Source of the DNA: an uncultured Pseudomonadales bacterium
GTDB taxonomy: Bacteria; Pseudomonadota; Gammaproteobacteria; Pseudomonadales; Azotimanducaceae
Reading direction: 5' to 3'
DNA: 64,000 nucleotides
Assembly: GCA_964393625.1 (NCBI GenBank)
Contig: CAYMUT010000018.1
Coordinates: 33,564-97,563 of the forward strand
Positions 1 to 8,940 of the stretch are shown piece by piece. Under the pieces are notes generated by a model. The model ran no database searches, was not told the origin of the DNA, and saw nothing but the letters and a program-made list of their open reading frames with translations. The translations under genes and the position numbers were made by a program. The stretch's first letter is position 1. Every line of letters starts with the position of its first letter.

Positions 1-236
1 CCCATGAGGTATACGGTGCCGTCATACCCCATGAAGGCGATGATGCCCGCCATGGATATGAATGATGCTGCGCTCATCCAGTCAGCGGCGGTCGCCATGC
101 CGTTGGCGATCGGGTGAACGCCACCGCCTGCGACGTAGAACTCATTGGTGGAGCCGGCCCGGGACCAGATCGCGATGCCGATATACAGGCCGAAGCTCAG
201 GAACACGAACAGGTAAGTGAGGGTCTGTGCATCCAT
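1..236 (-). CDS. sodium:solute symporter family protein (cation/acetate symporter-like), N-terminal fragment running off the window
   Basis: Reverse translation from ATG 236-234 reads [64 protein letters not shown], a typical SSF N-terminus. It lies 2 nt downstream of a DUF4212-type small-subunit gene, the usual pairing. Confidence 0.75.
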   Translation of the reverse strand, partial: MDAQTLTYLFVFLSFGLYIGIAIWSRAGSTNEFYVAGGGVHPIANGMATAADWMSAASFISMAGIIAFMGYDGTVYLM

Positions 237-238
237 GA

Positions 239-511
239 TCAGTGGCCCTCGTCGTCGTCGGAAACGCCGTGCTCGCGGTCGATGCGTTTCATCCTCGCGG
301 AGTAGACGAAGATCAGCACGACAAATACATAGATTGAGCCCTGTTGCGCCCACCAGAAGCCCAACTTGAAGCCGAAAAAGCTGAACTGATTGAGCCAGTC
401 GACCAGTAGAATGCCAAAACCGAACGAGACGATGAACCACACCGCCAGCAGGGTGAGCATGAGACGGATATTGGCGCGCCAGTACGCGTGGTTGTTGTTG
501 TTTTGCGACAT
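239..511 (-). CDS. DUF4212-type small membrane protein (putative solute:sodium symporter small subunit)
   Basis: 90 aa from the internal ATG at 511: [42 protein letters not shown]...[25 protein letters not shown]. It has two TM helices. The 367-aa track ORF is an upstream extension antisense to the NUDIX gene. Confidence 0.75.
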   Translation of the reverse strand: MSQNNNNHAYWRANIRLMLTLLAVWFIVSFGFGILLVDWLNQFSFFGFKLGFWWAQQGSIYVFVVLIFVYSARMKRIDREHGVSDDDEGH

Positions 512-676
512 GGAGTTCCCGAGCAATGCGCCTGTGAGATGAGGTGTGGGGTACAGTACCGAACCACGGTAAGCTATGCCAGTTTTGCGAAATCTGGCAG
601 AATGGGTGCTTGGCTGCGTGGATGACCCAGCTGTTCGAGCGACGCGTCCGCCAACCCCCGGGGTAGAGGAGTCCAA

Positions 677-1432
677 GTGGCACAAGCTGTGCAGCCCATT
701 CGCCCGGCTGCAACCGTCATTCTCATAAGAGAAGCGCCTGTCAGCTTCGAGATTTTCATGCTCAAGCGCACGTCGCGGGCCAGCTTTGCCTCCGGGATGT
801 TTGTGTTTCCTGGTGGCAAGGTCGATGGTGATGACCATCTGCACATGTATGATGCTCATCGTCATGGCCCGACCGATGCCCAGTCTCAGCAGGTGAGCGC
901 GCTGGGGGACGAATGGCGTGGCTACTGGGTTGCCGCGATTCGCGAAACCTTTGAAGAAGCGGGGTTGATGCTGGCCTATCGCGGTGGCGAACTGCTTTCG
1001 TACGATGATGAATCCCTGCACGATCGATTTGACGCATACCGCGGTCCACTGCACAGCGAAGAGTTGAGTCTGCTGGAAATCTGTCATCGCGAAGACCTGC
1101 AGCTCGCCGTAGACCAGGTGCACTTCTACAATCGTTTCGTGACGCCGCTGGGTCGGCCACGACGCTTCGATACCCGATTTTTCATTGCCGCTGCGCCGGA
1201 AGCGCAACGCGCTCGCCACGACGAAAAAGAAACTGTAGACAGCATCTGGATCACCCCGGGCGAGGCGCTGGCAAGAAACAGGGCCAGAGAGTTTGACCTG
1301 ATGAATGTGACGCGCATGCAGCTCGAGTGGCTTGAGGCGCACGAAAATAAACAGGCTGTCCTCGATATGGCGTTGAGCAGAGCGGAGTTTCCCATCCGCC
1401 GTCCTGTGCTGCCGCCCGGCGGCGCCAGGTGA
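677..1432 (+). CDS. NUDIX hydrolase
   Basis: Nudix box GGKVDGDD...[15 protein letters not shown] start. Its stop overlaps the next gene (GTGA). Confidence 0.8.
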   Translation: MAQAVQPIRPAATVILIREAPVSFEIFMLKRTSRASFASGMFVFPGGKVDGDDHLHMYDAHRHGPTDAQSQQVSALGDEWRGYWVAAIRETFEEAGLMLAYRGGELLSYDDESLHDRFDAYRGPLHSEELSLLEICHREDLQLAVDQVHFYNRFVTPLGRPRRFDTRFFIAAAPEAQRARHDEKETVDSIWITPGEALARNRAREFDLMNVTRMQLEWLEAHENKQAVLDMALSRAEFPIRRPVLPPGGAR

Positions 1433-2688
1433 CTTCGCGGCGGGCGCCGAGCAGCGGCGGCCAGGAGACCTGTCTGTTTGACTACAAACGGGATCTTGCC
1501 GCGGTCAAGCGCATCTGGCGGGAGGTTGGTTGGGTCGAAGATGAAACCGTCGATGCCCTGGACGATTTCTTTGCCTGCGGTGTCACCCTCATTGCCAGGC
1601 TCAATGGCGCGGCGGAATGTTCTGTGCATACCGTACCGGGCAGCATGCGCGTGCAACAGACCGATCTGCCGTTGTGCGCGGTTACCGCGGTAACAACCAG
1701 CCGCGTGGCCCGTGGCTATGGTTTTGCCAAAAAACTTACAGCACAGCAATTGCGTGCGGGCGCAGAGAACGGCGCCGCCCTGGCTGCGCTTGGCATGTTT
1801 GACCAGGGCTATTACGATCAGCTTGGTTTCGGCACGGGCGCCTACGATCATGAGTTCGCTATAGATGCGGCGAATCTCAATGTCGATCATCGGGTGCCCG
1901 CTCCGATCAGGCTGACGAGGGACGATTTTGCCCGTGTGCATGAAGCGATGCGGCAGCGCAACAAGGTCAATGGCAGTGTGGTGCTCGAACCGGTTCGACT
2001 CATGCGTGCTGAGCTCGGACTTCGCCCCGACGGCTTTGGTCTCGGCTACGAACAAGCAGGTGAGCTCACGCACTTCGTGTGGCTGACCGGCGAAGCCGAG
2101 CGGGGTCCGTATGACGTTCGCTGGCTGGGTTATCGCACTGTGGAGCAACTGACGGAACTGCTTGGCCTTTTGAAATCACTGGCCGACCAGGTGTATTCGG
2201 TGCGGCTGATGGAGCCGCCTGAAGTTCAGCTGCAGAGCATGCTGCAGCGGCCGTTCCGCAGCACCGCGGTTTCCAGGCGGTCGAAATTCGCCAATGAACA
2301 TACGAGCTTTGCCTGGTGGCAGGCGCGCATTCTCGATTTGCACTCTGTGGTGGCGGCGCTGCGGGTGACCGGCCCGGGAGTGCGTTTTCAGCTGCAAGTG
2401 ACCGATCCGCTGGCGGAAATGTTGTCGGATACAGATCGCTGGAGCGGCGTCGGCGGTAACTACCTGGTGACGCTGGGTGAACGTTCCTCTGTGGAGACGA
2501 TCAGCTCTGAAGATACCGGCGTGCCACGTCTGACCTGTTCGGTGAACGCGCTCACCCGGTTGCTGCTGGCGGTAGTGCCCGCCAGCAGTCTGGCTGTAAC
2601 AGATGACTTTGCTGCTCCTGATGACCTGTTAGTGGCGCTCGATCAGGCGATCAACTGGCCGAGCCCTCGTCCGGGCTGGGATTTCTGA
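1429..2688 (+). CDS. GNAT family N-acetyltransferase with C-terminal sterol-carrier-like domain (Eis-like)
   Basis: 419 aa. The GNAT core reads CAVTAVTTSRVARGYGFAKKL. Length and architecture match Eis-type acetyltransferases. Family recalled from memory, not searched. Confidence 0.55.
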   Translation: MTSRRAPSSGGQETCLFDYKRDLAAVKRIWREVGWVEDETVDALDDFFACGVTLIARLNGAAECSVHTVPGSMRVQQTDLPLCAVTAVTTSRVARGYGFAKKLTAQQLRAGAENGAALAALGMFDQGYYDQLGFGTGAYDHEFAIDAANLNVDHRVPAPIRLTRDDFARVHEAMRQRNKVNGSVVLEPVRLMRAELGLRPDGFGLGYEQAGELTHFVWLTGEAERGPYDVRWLGYRTVEQLTELLGLLKSLADQVYSVRLMEPPEVQLQSMLQRPFRSTAVSRRSKFANEHTSFAWWQARILDLHSVVAALRVTGPGVRFQLQVTDPLAEMLSDTDRWSGVGGNYLVTLGERSSVETISSEDTGVPRLTCSVNALTRLLLAVVPASSLAVTDDFAAPDDLLVALDQAINWPSPRPGWDF

Positions 2689-3717
2689 TTGGACGTTACC
2701 CTCGAACAGGTGGGGTGGAAGCCGGTTTTTGCTCAGCAACTGGCGCAGCTCGATGTGCCGCAGCAGCCGGCTCGGGTAATTGCCGTTCATCGTACCGGTC
2801 TGACCATCGCTCCTGAAGTTAATGGATTTTCCGATATTCCGGTGGGCGGACGTTGGTTTGCACTGCCGGTGAATGAACGTCCCACCGTAGGTGATTGGGT
2901 GCTGGTAGATCCACATACTGGCAGTCTGAAAGTGATACTGGAGCGCACCAGTATCATTGAGCGGCTGGCGCCGGGCGGTGAGTTGCAGTTGATCGCCGCC
3001 AATATCGATACCGCCTTTCTGGTTACCTCCTGCAATGAAGATTTCAGTCTTGCGCGGCTCGAACGCTATCTCACCGCAGTGCTGGATGCAGGCATACAGG
3101 CGGTAATCGTGCTGACCAAGGCTGACCTGGTCGATGAAGTGGACGATTACATCGACCCGGTGCGGTCCCTTGGCGCGGACCTGCCCATCTACGCCGTCAA
3201 TGCACTGGATTTCGCAGACGTCGAAGCGCTGACGGCATGGGCAATACAGGGTCAGTCGATCGCATTACTGGGTTCTTCCGGCGTGGGCAAGTCAACTCTG
3301 GTCAACACGATGATGGGTGAAAACATTCAGCTCACCCGCGCGGCCAGGGAAGATGATGCGAAAGGGCGCCATACCACCACGCACCGTTCTATACATATAC
3401 TGCCGCAGGGCGGCGTGATTCTCGACAGTCCCGGCATGCGCGAGTTCCAGCTGGCGAATGTGGAGCAGGGAGTCGCTTCGGCGTTCAGCGAGGTGGAAGA
3501 ACTGGCCAGCCACTGCCGCTTCAACGATTGCGGTCATGAAACCGAACCCGGCTGTGCCGTGCAGGCGGCCATCGCCGCTGGTGAGCTGGATGAGCGGCGT
3601 CTGCAGAGCTACTTCAAACTGCTGCGTGAAGAACAGTTCAATACAGAATCCATCGCCGAGCGCCATGCGCGTATGCGCGCATTTGGCAAAAAGGTCAAAG
3701 CGCACAAGAAGAAGTAA
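2689..3717 (+). CDS. rsgA: ribosome small subunit-dependent GTPase A
   Basis: Circularly permuted GTPase motifs: VLTKADL, GSSGVGKSTLVN, DSPGMREF. C-terminal zinc knuckle CRFNDCGHETEPGCAV. TTG start directly after the upstream stop. Confidence 0.9.
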   Translation: MDVTLEQVGWKPVFAQQLAQLDVPQQPARVIAVHRTGLTIAPEVNGFSDIPVGGRWFALPVNERPTVGDWVLVDPHTGSLKVILERTSIIERLAPGGELQLIAANIDTAFLVTSCNEDFSLARLERYLTAVLDAGIQAVIVLTKADLVDEVDDYIDPVRSLGADLPIYAVNALDFADVEALTAWAIQGQSIALLGSSGVGKSTLVNTMMGENIQLTRAAREDDAKGRHTTTHRSIHILPQGGVILDSPGMREFQLANVEQGVASAFSEVEELASHCRFNDCGHETEPGCAVQAAIAAGELDERRLQSYFKLLREEQFNTESIAERHARMRAFGKKVKAHKKK

Positions 3718-3766
3718 CCGCCTGATAATTAGGGTAGAGTCCCTGTTTTTTCGGGGTAGAGGTGTC

Positions 3767-5176
3767 GTGGCTAATCTGGACGCGCCGGATTTCAGACTGC
3801 AGCCGATTTCGGTGACGCGCAAGATGGCGGCGTCGTTACCCGGGCTGCGTGCACTGGCCCAGAGTAAGGGCCTGAAGATTCATCACCTGGGCGCGGGCTA
3901 TCCGCACCCGGAAGTGACCGATCCACGGGATTTTCTCGCACATCAGGCAGCTTACCTTGCGCACCTGGAGAGCGAGGAGGGGTTGAACGATCCTGCGGCG
4001 CTGCCCGAACATCTGCGCGAGTCATTTTCGTACACCGACACCTTGGGTCCGGCACGTACCAGAGAGGTCTTCGCGGAAATCTACGGGCATGACTGGGGCG
4101 TTGAGATCAATCCTCAGCTGCTGATACCAACCGTTGGCGCAACCGGCGGCATCAATCTGATGTGTGCACTGTCGGAGCGTCCCGGTAAGCCCGTCGCCTA
4201 TATCGCCGATGCGCCGACTTATGCAGGATTCACCGCCAGGGTCGGGCTTTGTCATCACGCCGAGATTTTCAGTGTCGAGATGGATGGCGAGGGAGCGCTG
4301 CCGGAGGTATTCGAAGCGCAGATTCACTCGGCCCGGGAGCAGGGCTATTTCGTGCCGTTTTATTACACGGTGCCCGATGGACATAATCCTGCCGGGTTTT
4401 CCTTTTCCCAGCGTCGCCGGGAGGCCCTGCTGGAGATCGCCCGGCGTGAGGGCATTCTGATTGTGGAAGACGCCCCGTATATCTACATCAGCTTTGCGCC
4501 GGTAGAACAAAGACCAAAGCCCTTTTTCGCCATGGCGCCGGAGCAGACCGTGCACCTGTTTACCGGGTCGAAAATCGGCTTCCCGGGACCCAGGGTCGGA
4601 TTCCTCTATTCTCAGGCCAAGCTGTCGATCGCCGATGGTGCTCTCGTCAATCTTGCGGAAATGGCGTTGACCGAGGCCAGTGCAGACATGCTGTTTCAAA
4701 ACCCGGCCGCGTTGCGCGGTTTTGAAGCCATGCTGCATGATGAATCGTTTACCCCAATCGAGTCGATGTGGCCGCTGGCTGAGAAAAAGCTTGTGGTATA
4801 CCGGGAGAACCGGGAAATCATGCTGAGTATTCTCGAGGAAGAACTCGGGCCTTATCCGGAACATTTTTCCTGGACGAAACCCGGCGCCGGTTTCTTTACG
4901 GTATTCAGCTTCCTCAAGGGCGGTGTAAAGACCGACGATGCCTTCATAGAATCAATGGTGTCGGACTACGGTATTGTGGTGATCCCGATGTACGACTTTT
5001 ATCCGCAGGACGCCAAACAGCGTGATGCGCAGGCAGGCCTGAATCAGTTGCGTTTGAGCTTCTGTTTCAGTGAGAGTAACGGTGAAGCGCGTCGCCGGGA
5101 TTTACGCGAAGCTGTCAGGGCATTTACCGTCGCGGCCCGCAATGCGGTTGGTCTGAATGCCGGCAGCCCGGATTGA
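3767..5176 (+). CDS. PLP-dependent aminotransferase (class I/II fold)
   Basis: PLP-lysine context FTGSKIGFPGPRVGF; also TVPDGHNPAGF and IVEDAPY. The track ORF starts at 3458 inside rsgA. A realistic start is GTG 3767 or ATG 3824, after the rsgA stop. Confidence 0.8.
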   Translation: MANLDAPDFRLQPISVTRKMAASLPGLRALAQSKGLKIHHLGAGYPHPEVTDPRDFLAHQAAYLAHLESEEGLNDPAALPEHLRESFSYTDTLGPARTREVFAEIYGHDWGVEINPQLLIPTVGATGGINLMCALSERPGKPVAYIADAPTYAGFTARVGLCHHAEIFSVEMDGEGALPEVFEAQIHSAREQGYFVPFYYTVPDGHNPAGFSFSQRRREALLEIARREGILIVEDAPYIYISFAPVEQRPKPFFAMAPEQTVHLFTGSKIGFPGPRVGFLYSQAKLSIADGALVNLAEMALTEASADMLFQNPAALRGFEAMLHDESFTPIESMWPLAEKKLVVYRENREIMLSILEEELGPYPEHFSWTKPGAGFFTVFSFLKGGVKTDDAFIESMVSDYGIVVIPMYDFYPQDAKQRDAQAGLNQLRLSFCFSESNGEARRRDLREAVRAFTVAARNAVGLNAGSPD

Positions 5177-5178
5177 AC

Positions 5179-5673
5179 TCAGCTGCTGCCGCCGCGCCGC
5201 GCGCTCACCCGATCAGTATTGAAGCCCAGCCAGTGCATGCGCCCCTTGTAGCGTGCGTGTTCTATTTTTATGCACTTGTCGACGATGCACTGTAAGCCGC
5301 CGCGTTCAGCAATCTCGACACCCTGGGGGCTGATTACGCCGAATTGCAGCCACAGGTACTTCGCGCCGATTGCCACCGCCTGTTCTGCAATTTCCGGTAC
5401 CGCACTTGGATCGCGAAACACATCAACGGTGTCTATGGGATGGGGAATGTCCTGTAGCGTCGCGTAGCACTTGAGGTCGAAGATCCGTTCTTCTCGGGGA
5501 TTTACCGGGGTGACTTCATAGCCGTTGCGCAGCAGGTAGTAGCCGACGAAATTGCTGGCTCGCAGCTCGTTGGAAGACAAACCGACAACGGCAACGCGTT
5601 TGGCTTGCAGCGAATTCTGAATGACCTGTGGATCCTGCCAGGCGGCAAGGTCTTGTGTGGTGTTGTCTGTCAT
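5179..5673 (-). CDS. CoA-binding domain protein (YccU/YneT-like)
   Basis: RVAVVGLSSNELRASNFVGYYLLRNGYEVTPVNP. Start taken at the internal ATG 5673 because the metY stop is at 5693. Confidence 0.8.
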   Translation of the reverse strand: MTDNTTQDLAAWQDPQVIQNSLQAKRVAVVGLSSNELRASNFVGYYLLRNGYEVTPVNPREERIFDLKCYATLQDIPHPIDTVDVFRDPSAVPEIAEQAVAIGAKYLWLQFGVISPQGVEIAERGGLQCIVDKCIKIEHARYKGRMHWLGFNTDRVSARRGGSS

Positions 5674-5692
5674 GCTTGCTTCTCTATCAGAT

Positions 5693-6985
5693 TCAATTGC
5701 TGGAGCGTTGCAGCGCGAATGCGAGGTCGGCAATCAGGTCGTCTGCATCTTCGATACCGATCGACACTCTGATGGTTCCCGGGCCGATGCCGCTGGCTGC
5801 CAGTTCTTCGTCGTTGAGTTGGCGGTGGGTAGTGGTAGCAGGGTGAATGACCAGGCTCTTCGCGTCGCCAACGTTGGCAAGGTGACTGAACAGATTCAAG
5901 TGCTCGATGAACTTCACCCCTTGTTCTCTGCCACCGGGCAGATCGAAGCAGAATACCGCGCCGGCGCCGCGGGGCAGGTACTTCTCGACCAATCCGGCGT
6001 AGCGGCTGGTGGGTAGCCCGGCATAGTGCACCGCCTCGATCTGCGGGCTGTCCGCCAGGTATTGTGCGACCCTCACCGCATTGCTGACATGCTGGCGCAT
6101 GCGCAGCGGCAGCGTTTCGATACCCTGAGCCAGTAGAAAGGCATTGAACGGGCTCATGCAGGCGCCCAGATCGCGCAGGGTTTCCGCGCGGAGTTTCATC
6201 AGATAGCCGAAGGTGCCGAACGTTTCGTGGAATTTCAGGCCGTGGTAAGCCGGTGAGGGTTCGGCGATCACGTCGAAGCGGCCATTAGACCAATCGAACT
6301 CTCCAGACTCCACCACCACACCGCCGATGGAAGTGCCGTGCCCGCCCATGAATTTGGTTGCTGAATGCACCACGATGTCTGCGCCCCATTCCAGCGGCCG
6401 GCACAGGTAGGGAGTAGCAAAAGTATTGTCGACCATCACCGGTATGCCGGCGTCGTGGGCGATCTGCGCCAGCGCTTCGATGTCGAGCACGCACCCGGAT
6501 GGATTGCCGATGGTTTCCGCAAAAAACAGCTTCGTGTTTTCGCGAATGCTGCTTTTCCATAGGTCCAGATCGTTAGCGTCCACGAAATCGAGGGCCACCG
6601 ACATCTTGCGCAGGAAGTGCTTGAACTGCGTTACCGTGCCGCCGTACAGCGCACCGGAAGCGAGTACATGATCACCGGGCTGCAGCAGGGTGAACAGGGC
6701 TGCCGATTGTGCCGCCAAACCGCTGGCGAAGGCTACGGCGCCGACGGCGCCCTCCAGATTGGCAACGCGCTCTTCGAACGCCGCTACGGTCGGGTTCATT
6801 ATGCGTGCGTAGGTGTTGCCGTATTCCTGCAGATTGAAGTAGGCCGCGGCCGCTTCGGAATCTTCGAACACGTAGCTGGTGGTCTGGTGAATGGGCATGG
6901 CCCGCGAACCGGTGTTGGGGTCAGGCCGGGCACCGGCGTGTACTGCGCGGGTATGAAAACCGGAGAAATCTGGTCGATCAGACAT
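5693..6985 (-). CDS. metY: O-acetylhomoserine aminocarboxypropyltransferase/sulfhydrylase
   Basis: 430 aa. N-terminus FHTRAVHAGARPDPNTGSRAMPIHQTTSYVF. PLP lysine in HSATKFMGGHG. Confidence 0.9.
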   Translation of the reverse strand: MSDRPDFSGFHTRAVHAGARPDPNTGSRAMPIHQTTSYVFEDSEAAAAYFNLQEYGNTYARIMNPTVAAFEERVANLEGAVGAVAFASGLAAQSAALFTLLQPGDHVLASGALYGGTVTQFKHFLRKMSVALDFVDANDLDLWKSSIRENTKLFFAETIGNPSGCVLDIEALAQIAHDAGIPVMVDNTFATPYLCRPLEWGADIVVHSATKFMGGHGTSIGGVVVESGEFDWSNGRFDVIAEPSPAYHGLKFHETFGTFGYLMKLRAETLRDLGACMSPFNAFLLAQGIETLPLRMRQHVSNAVRVAQYLADSPQIEAVHYAGLPTSRYAGLVEKYLPRGAGAVFCFDLPGGREQGVKFIEHLNLFSHLANVGDAKSLVIHPATTTHRQLNDEELAASGIGPGTIRVSIGIEDADDLIADLAFALQRSSN

Positions 6986-7095
6986 ATGTCATCAGAGCTG
7001 TTCGGGCGGTACAAGGTATATCCCCCACTCTATCGTGTCTAGCAGGCGGCCATGGACCTCTGGACCTCAGGTCCGGTCGATGGGACCATGTCCCA

Positions 7096-8790
7096 ATGAA
7101 CAGTCGCATGAGAATTGCCCTTGTGGTTCTGGTGGTTGCCGCTGGATTCTGGGGCTACGAGACCTTTGGAACCGCCACCATTGCAATCACCAGTGAGCCC
7201 ACTGGCGCAATGGTACGGGTCGATGGGCGCCTGCGCGGCGTGACGCCGCTGACTCGGCTGGAGCTGGATACGGGTAATCACCGCGTGGAAGTCATCCACA
7301 GTCATCTGCAACCCTTTGTCGAGGGTTTGAGTCTGCGCCGCGGCGATCACATCGAGCGCCATGTGCAGCTCAAACCGGGCACCGGCACACTGCAGCTCAT
7401 GTCCAATCCCCGGGGCGCGTGGGTTGAAGTTGATGGCGAACGCGTTTCCGGTAGAACTCCGGTGACCATAGAGGTGGTGTCCGGGCCCCACAACATCGCC
7501 ATGGGGCAGGAAGAACGTCATATCGTTGAGCAAGAGCATACCGTCAAGCACGGTGAAACCCGTGAAGTGAATTTCAATCTCAACATCGATCCCCACGGCA
7601 GCGTGACCATGACCACGGCGCCCCGGGGAGCTCGGATTGAGTTCATTGGTGAAGATGTCGAATACCGACCCAAAATGCGCATGCGCATCGGTGAAGTGGC
7701 GGTACGGATCAGCAAGCCCGGCTACGTCGCCCAGGAGTTCCGTTACAAGGTGCGTTACGGCGACAACCTCCATCACGTCAAACTTGAGCGGGATTTCGGC
7801 AACCTCGTGGTGCGAGTAACGCCGACAGATGCCGATGTCAGGGTGACTTACGAAGACGAAGGCAAGACCCTGCGCAAACCTTACCAGGCGGGTATGCGGG
7901 TTCCGGTGGGACGCGTCGAGGTACAGGCCCGGGCACTGGGCCATAGAACCGGCATAAAGACCATCCGCCTGGGCAACAAAGGCGCCACGGTGCGATTTTC
8001 GCTGTCGGCCATGACGGTACCAGCAGGGAAAGTGTTCAACGATACCCTGCAAAACGGTGCTCCGGCGCCGCATCTGGTGGTCATTCCCGCCGGGTCATTC
8101 ATCATGGGTGACGACGAAGGACCCCCTTCAGAGCAACCGGCGCGCGAGGTCACCATTACCCAGCCGTTTGCCGTGTCGCGCTACGAAATCACCATTGGCG
8201 ACTATCTTCATTATCTCCGCGTGCAAGGCCGCCAGCTGCACGAGCGCCTTGACCCGGCTGACGCGACCCATGCAGTCGGCTATGTGGATTTTGCCGACGC
8301 CGTCGACTATGCCGAATGGCTGTCTGACCAGACCGGGGAGAAGTACCGCCTGCTGTCGGAGGCTGAGTGGGAGTACGTGGCCAGGGCCGGATCGACCACC
8401 CACTATTTCTGGGGCAATGATAAAGCTGAACTGTGCAGGTTTGCCAACATTGCAGACCGCACAGCGCGAAAGAGTTTTCGCGAGTGGGACACACTGGATT
8501 GCGACGATTACCTGGTGCGTGCGGGCCCGGTGGGCAGCTACGAGCCCAATCCTTTCGGCGTGTATGACATTTACGGGAACGTTTCAGAATGGGTGCTGGA
8601 TTGCGGCATGCCCGACTACGACCGGGCGCCGAACGACGGCTCCGCGGCAGATGAGGGCAGTGGCTGCGCCAGTCACGGCATTCGCGGCGGCTCGTGGGAT
8701 TCCATGCCCGTAGAGGCGCGTTCCACTTATCGTAACGTGGCATCGACCGCTAACGATGATCGCGGCATTCGCCTGTTACGGGTTTTATAG
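7096..8790 (+). CDS. PEGA-repeat protein fused to a formylglycine-generating-enzyme (SUMF1/FGE-sulfatase) domain
   Basis: N-terminal TM helix. About four PEGA-like repeats (SEPTGAMVRVDG, SNPRGAWVEVDG, TAPRGARIEFIG, VTPTDADVRVTY). FGE-type C-terminus (PAGSFIMGDD..., YRLLSEAEWEYVARAG, NPFGVYDIYGNVSEW, RGGSW). Confidence 0.8.
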   Translation: MNSRMRIALVVLVVAAGFWGYETFGTATIAITSEPTGAMVRVDGRLRGVTPLTRLELDTGNHRVEVIHSHLQPFVEGLSLRRGDHIERHVQLKPGTGTLQLMSNPRGAWVEVDGERVSGRTPVTIEVVSGPHNIAMGQEERHIVEQEHTVKHGETREVNFNLNIDPHGSVTMTTAPRGARIEFIGEDVEYRPKMRMRIGEVAVRISKPGYVAQEFRYKVRYGDNLHHVKLERDFGNLVVRVTPTDADVRVTYEDEGKTLRKPYQAGMRVPVGRVEVQARALGHRTGIKTIRLGNKGATVRFSLSAMTVPAGKVFNDTLQNGAPAPHLVVIPAGSFIMGDDEGPPSEQPAREVTITQPFAVSRYEITIGDYLHYLRVQGRQLHERLDPADATHAVGYVDFADAVDYAEWLSDQTGEKYRLLSEAEWEYVARAGSTTHYFWGNDKAELCRFANIADRTARKSFREWDTLDCDDYLVRAGPVGSYEPNPFGVYDIYGNVSEWVLDCGMPDYDRAPNDGSAADEGSGCASHGIRGGSWDSMPVEARSTYRNVASTANDDRGIRLLRVL

Positions 8791-8940
8791 ACACCATCGA
8801 TGAGCAGCGCTCGTCGGGCAGATTCTGGCGCATGGGGGCTGGCGGCGGCGCCGATGCGGCGCAAATTTCCTATTGAGTTTGCTAGTATACGCCGGCCTCG
8901 CATCGCTGGCGCCAAGTAGCGCATATAGGAAGTCATAACG

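Noticed and set aside
512-1342. The N-terminal extension that makes the DUF4212 gene a 367-aa ORF.
   Set aside because: The extension is antisense to the NUDIX gene and has no membrane or domain character. The internal ATG at 511 gives the canonical 90-aa two-TM protein.
1126-2148. A 340-aa minus-strand ORF.
   Set aside because: It is antisense to the NUDIX and Eis-like genes and has a low-complexity, Arg-rich translation.
3458-3766. A 5' extension of the aminotransferase ORF into rsgA. Analogous extensions occur for ccmB (12928), ccmG (16991), ccmH (17583), the hydratase (57794), the second P450 (46559) and the TetR (40171).
   Set aside because: The extensions overlap the preceding well-supported genes. 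Internal starts, with Shine-Dalgarno sequences or ATGA/GTGA coupling, fit operon structure better.
6986-7095. A SAM-type riboswitch in the metY leader.
   Set aside because: The leader is only about 110 nt and is dominated by GGACC/GGTCC repeats. I could not recognise SAM-II or SAM-V pseudoknot consensus elements. It is recorded as a repeat observation instead.
7039-8073. A 344-aa minus-strand ORF.
   Set aside because: It is antisense to the PEGA/FGE gene, whose repeats and FGE motifs are clear. It shows no features of its own.
8791-8940. A riboswitch (cobalamin) or a Fur/Zur box upstream of the first TonB-dependent receptor.
   Set aside because: I could find no B12-box-like element and no convincing Fur (GATAATGATAATCATTATC-like) or Zur palindrome by eye.
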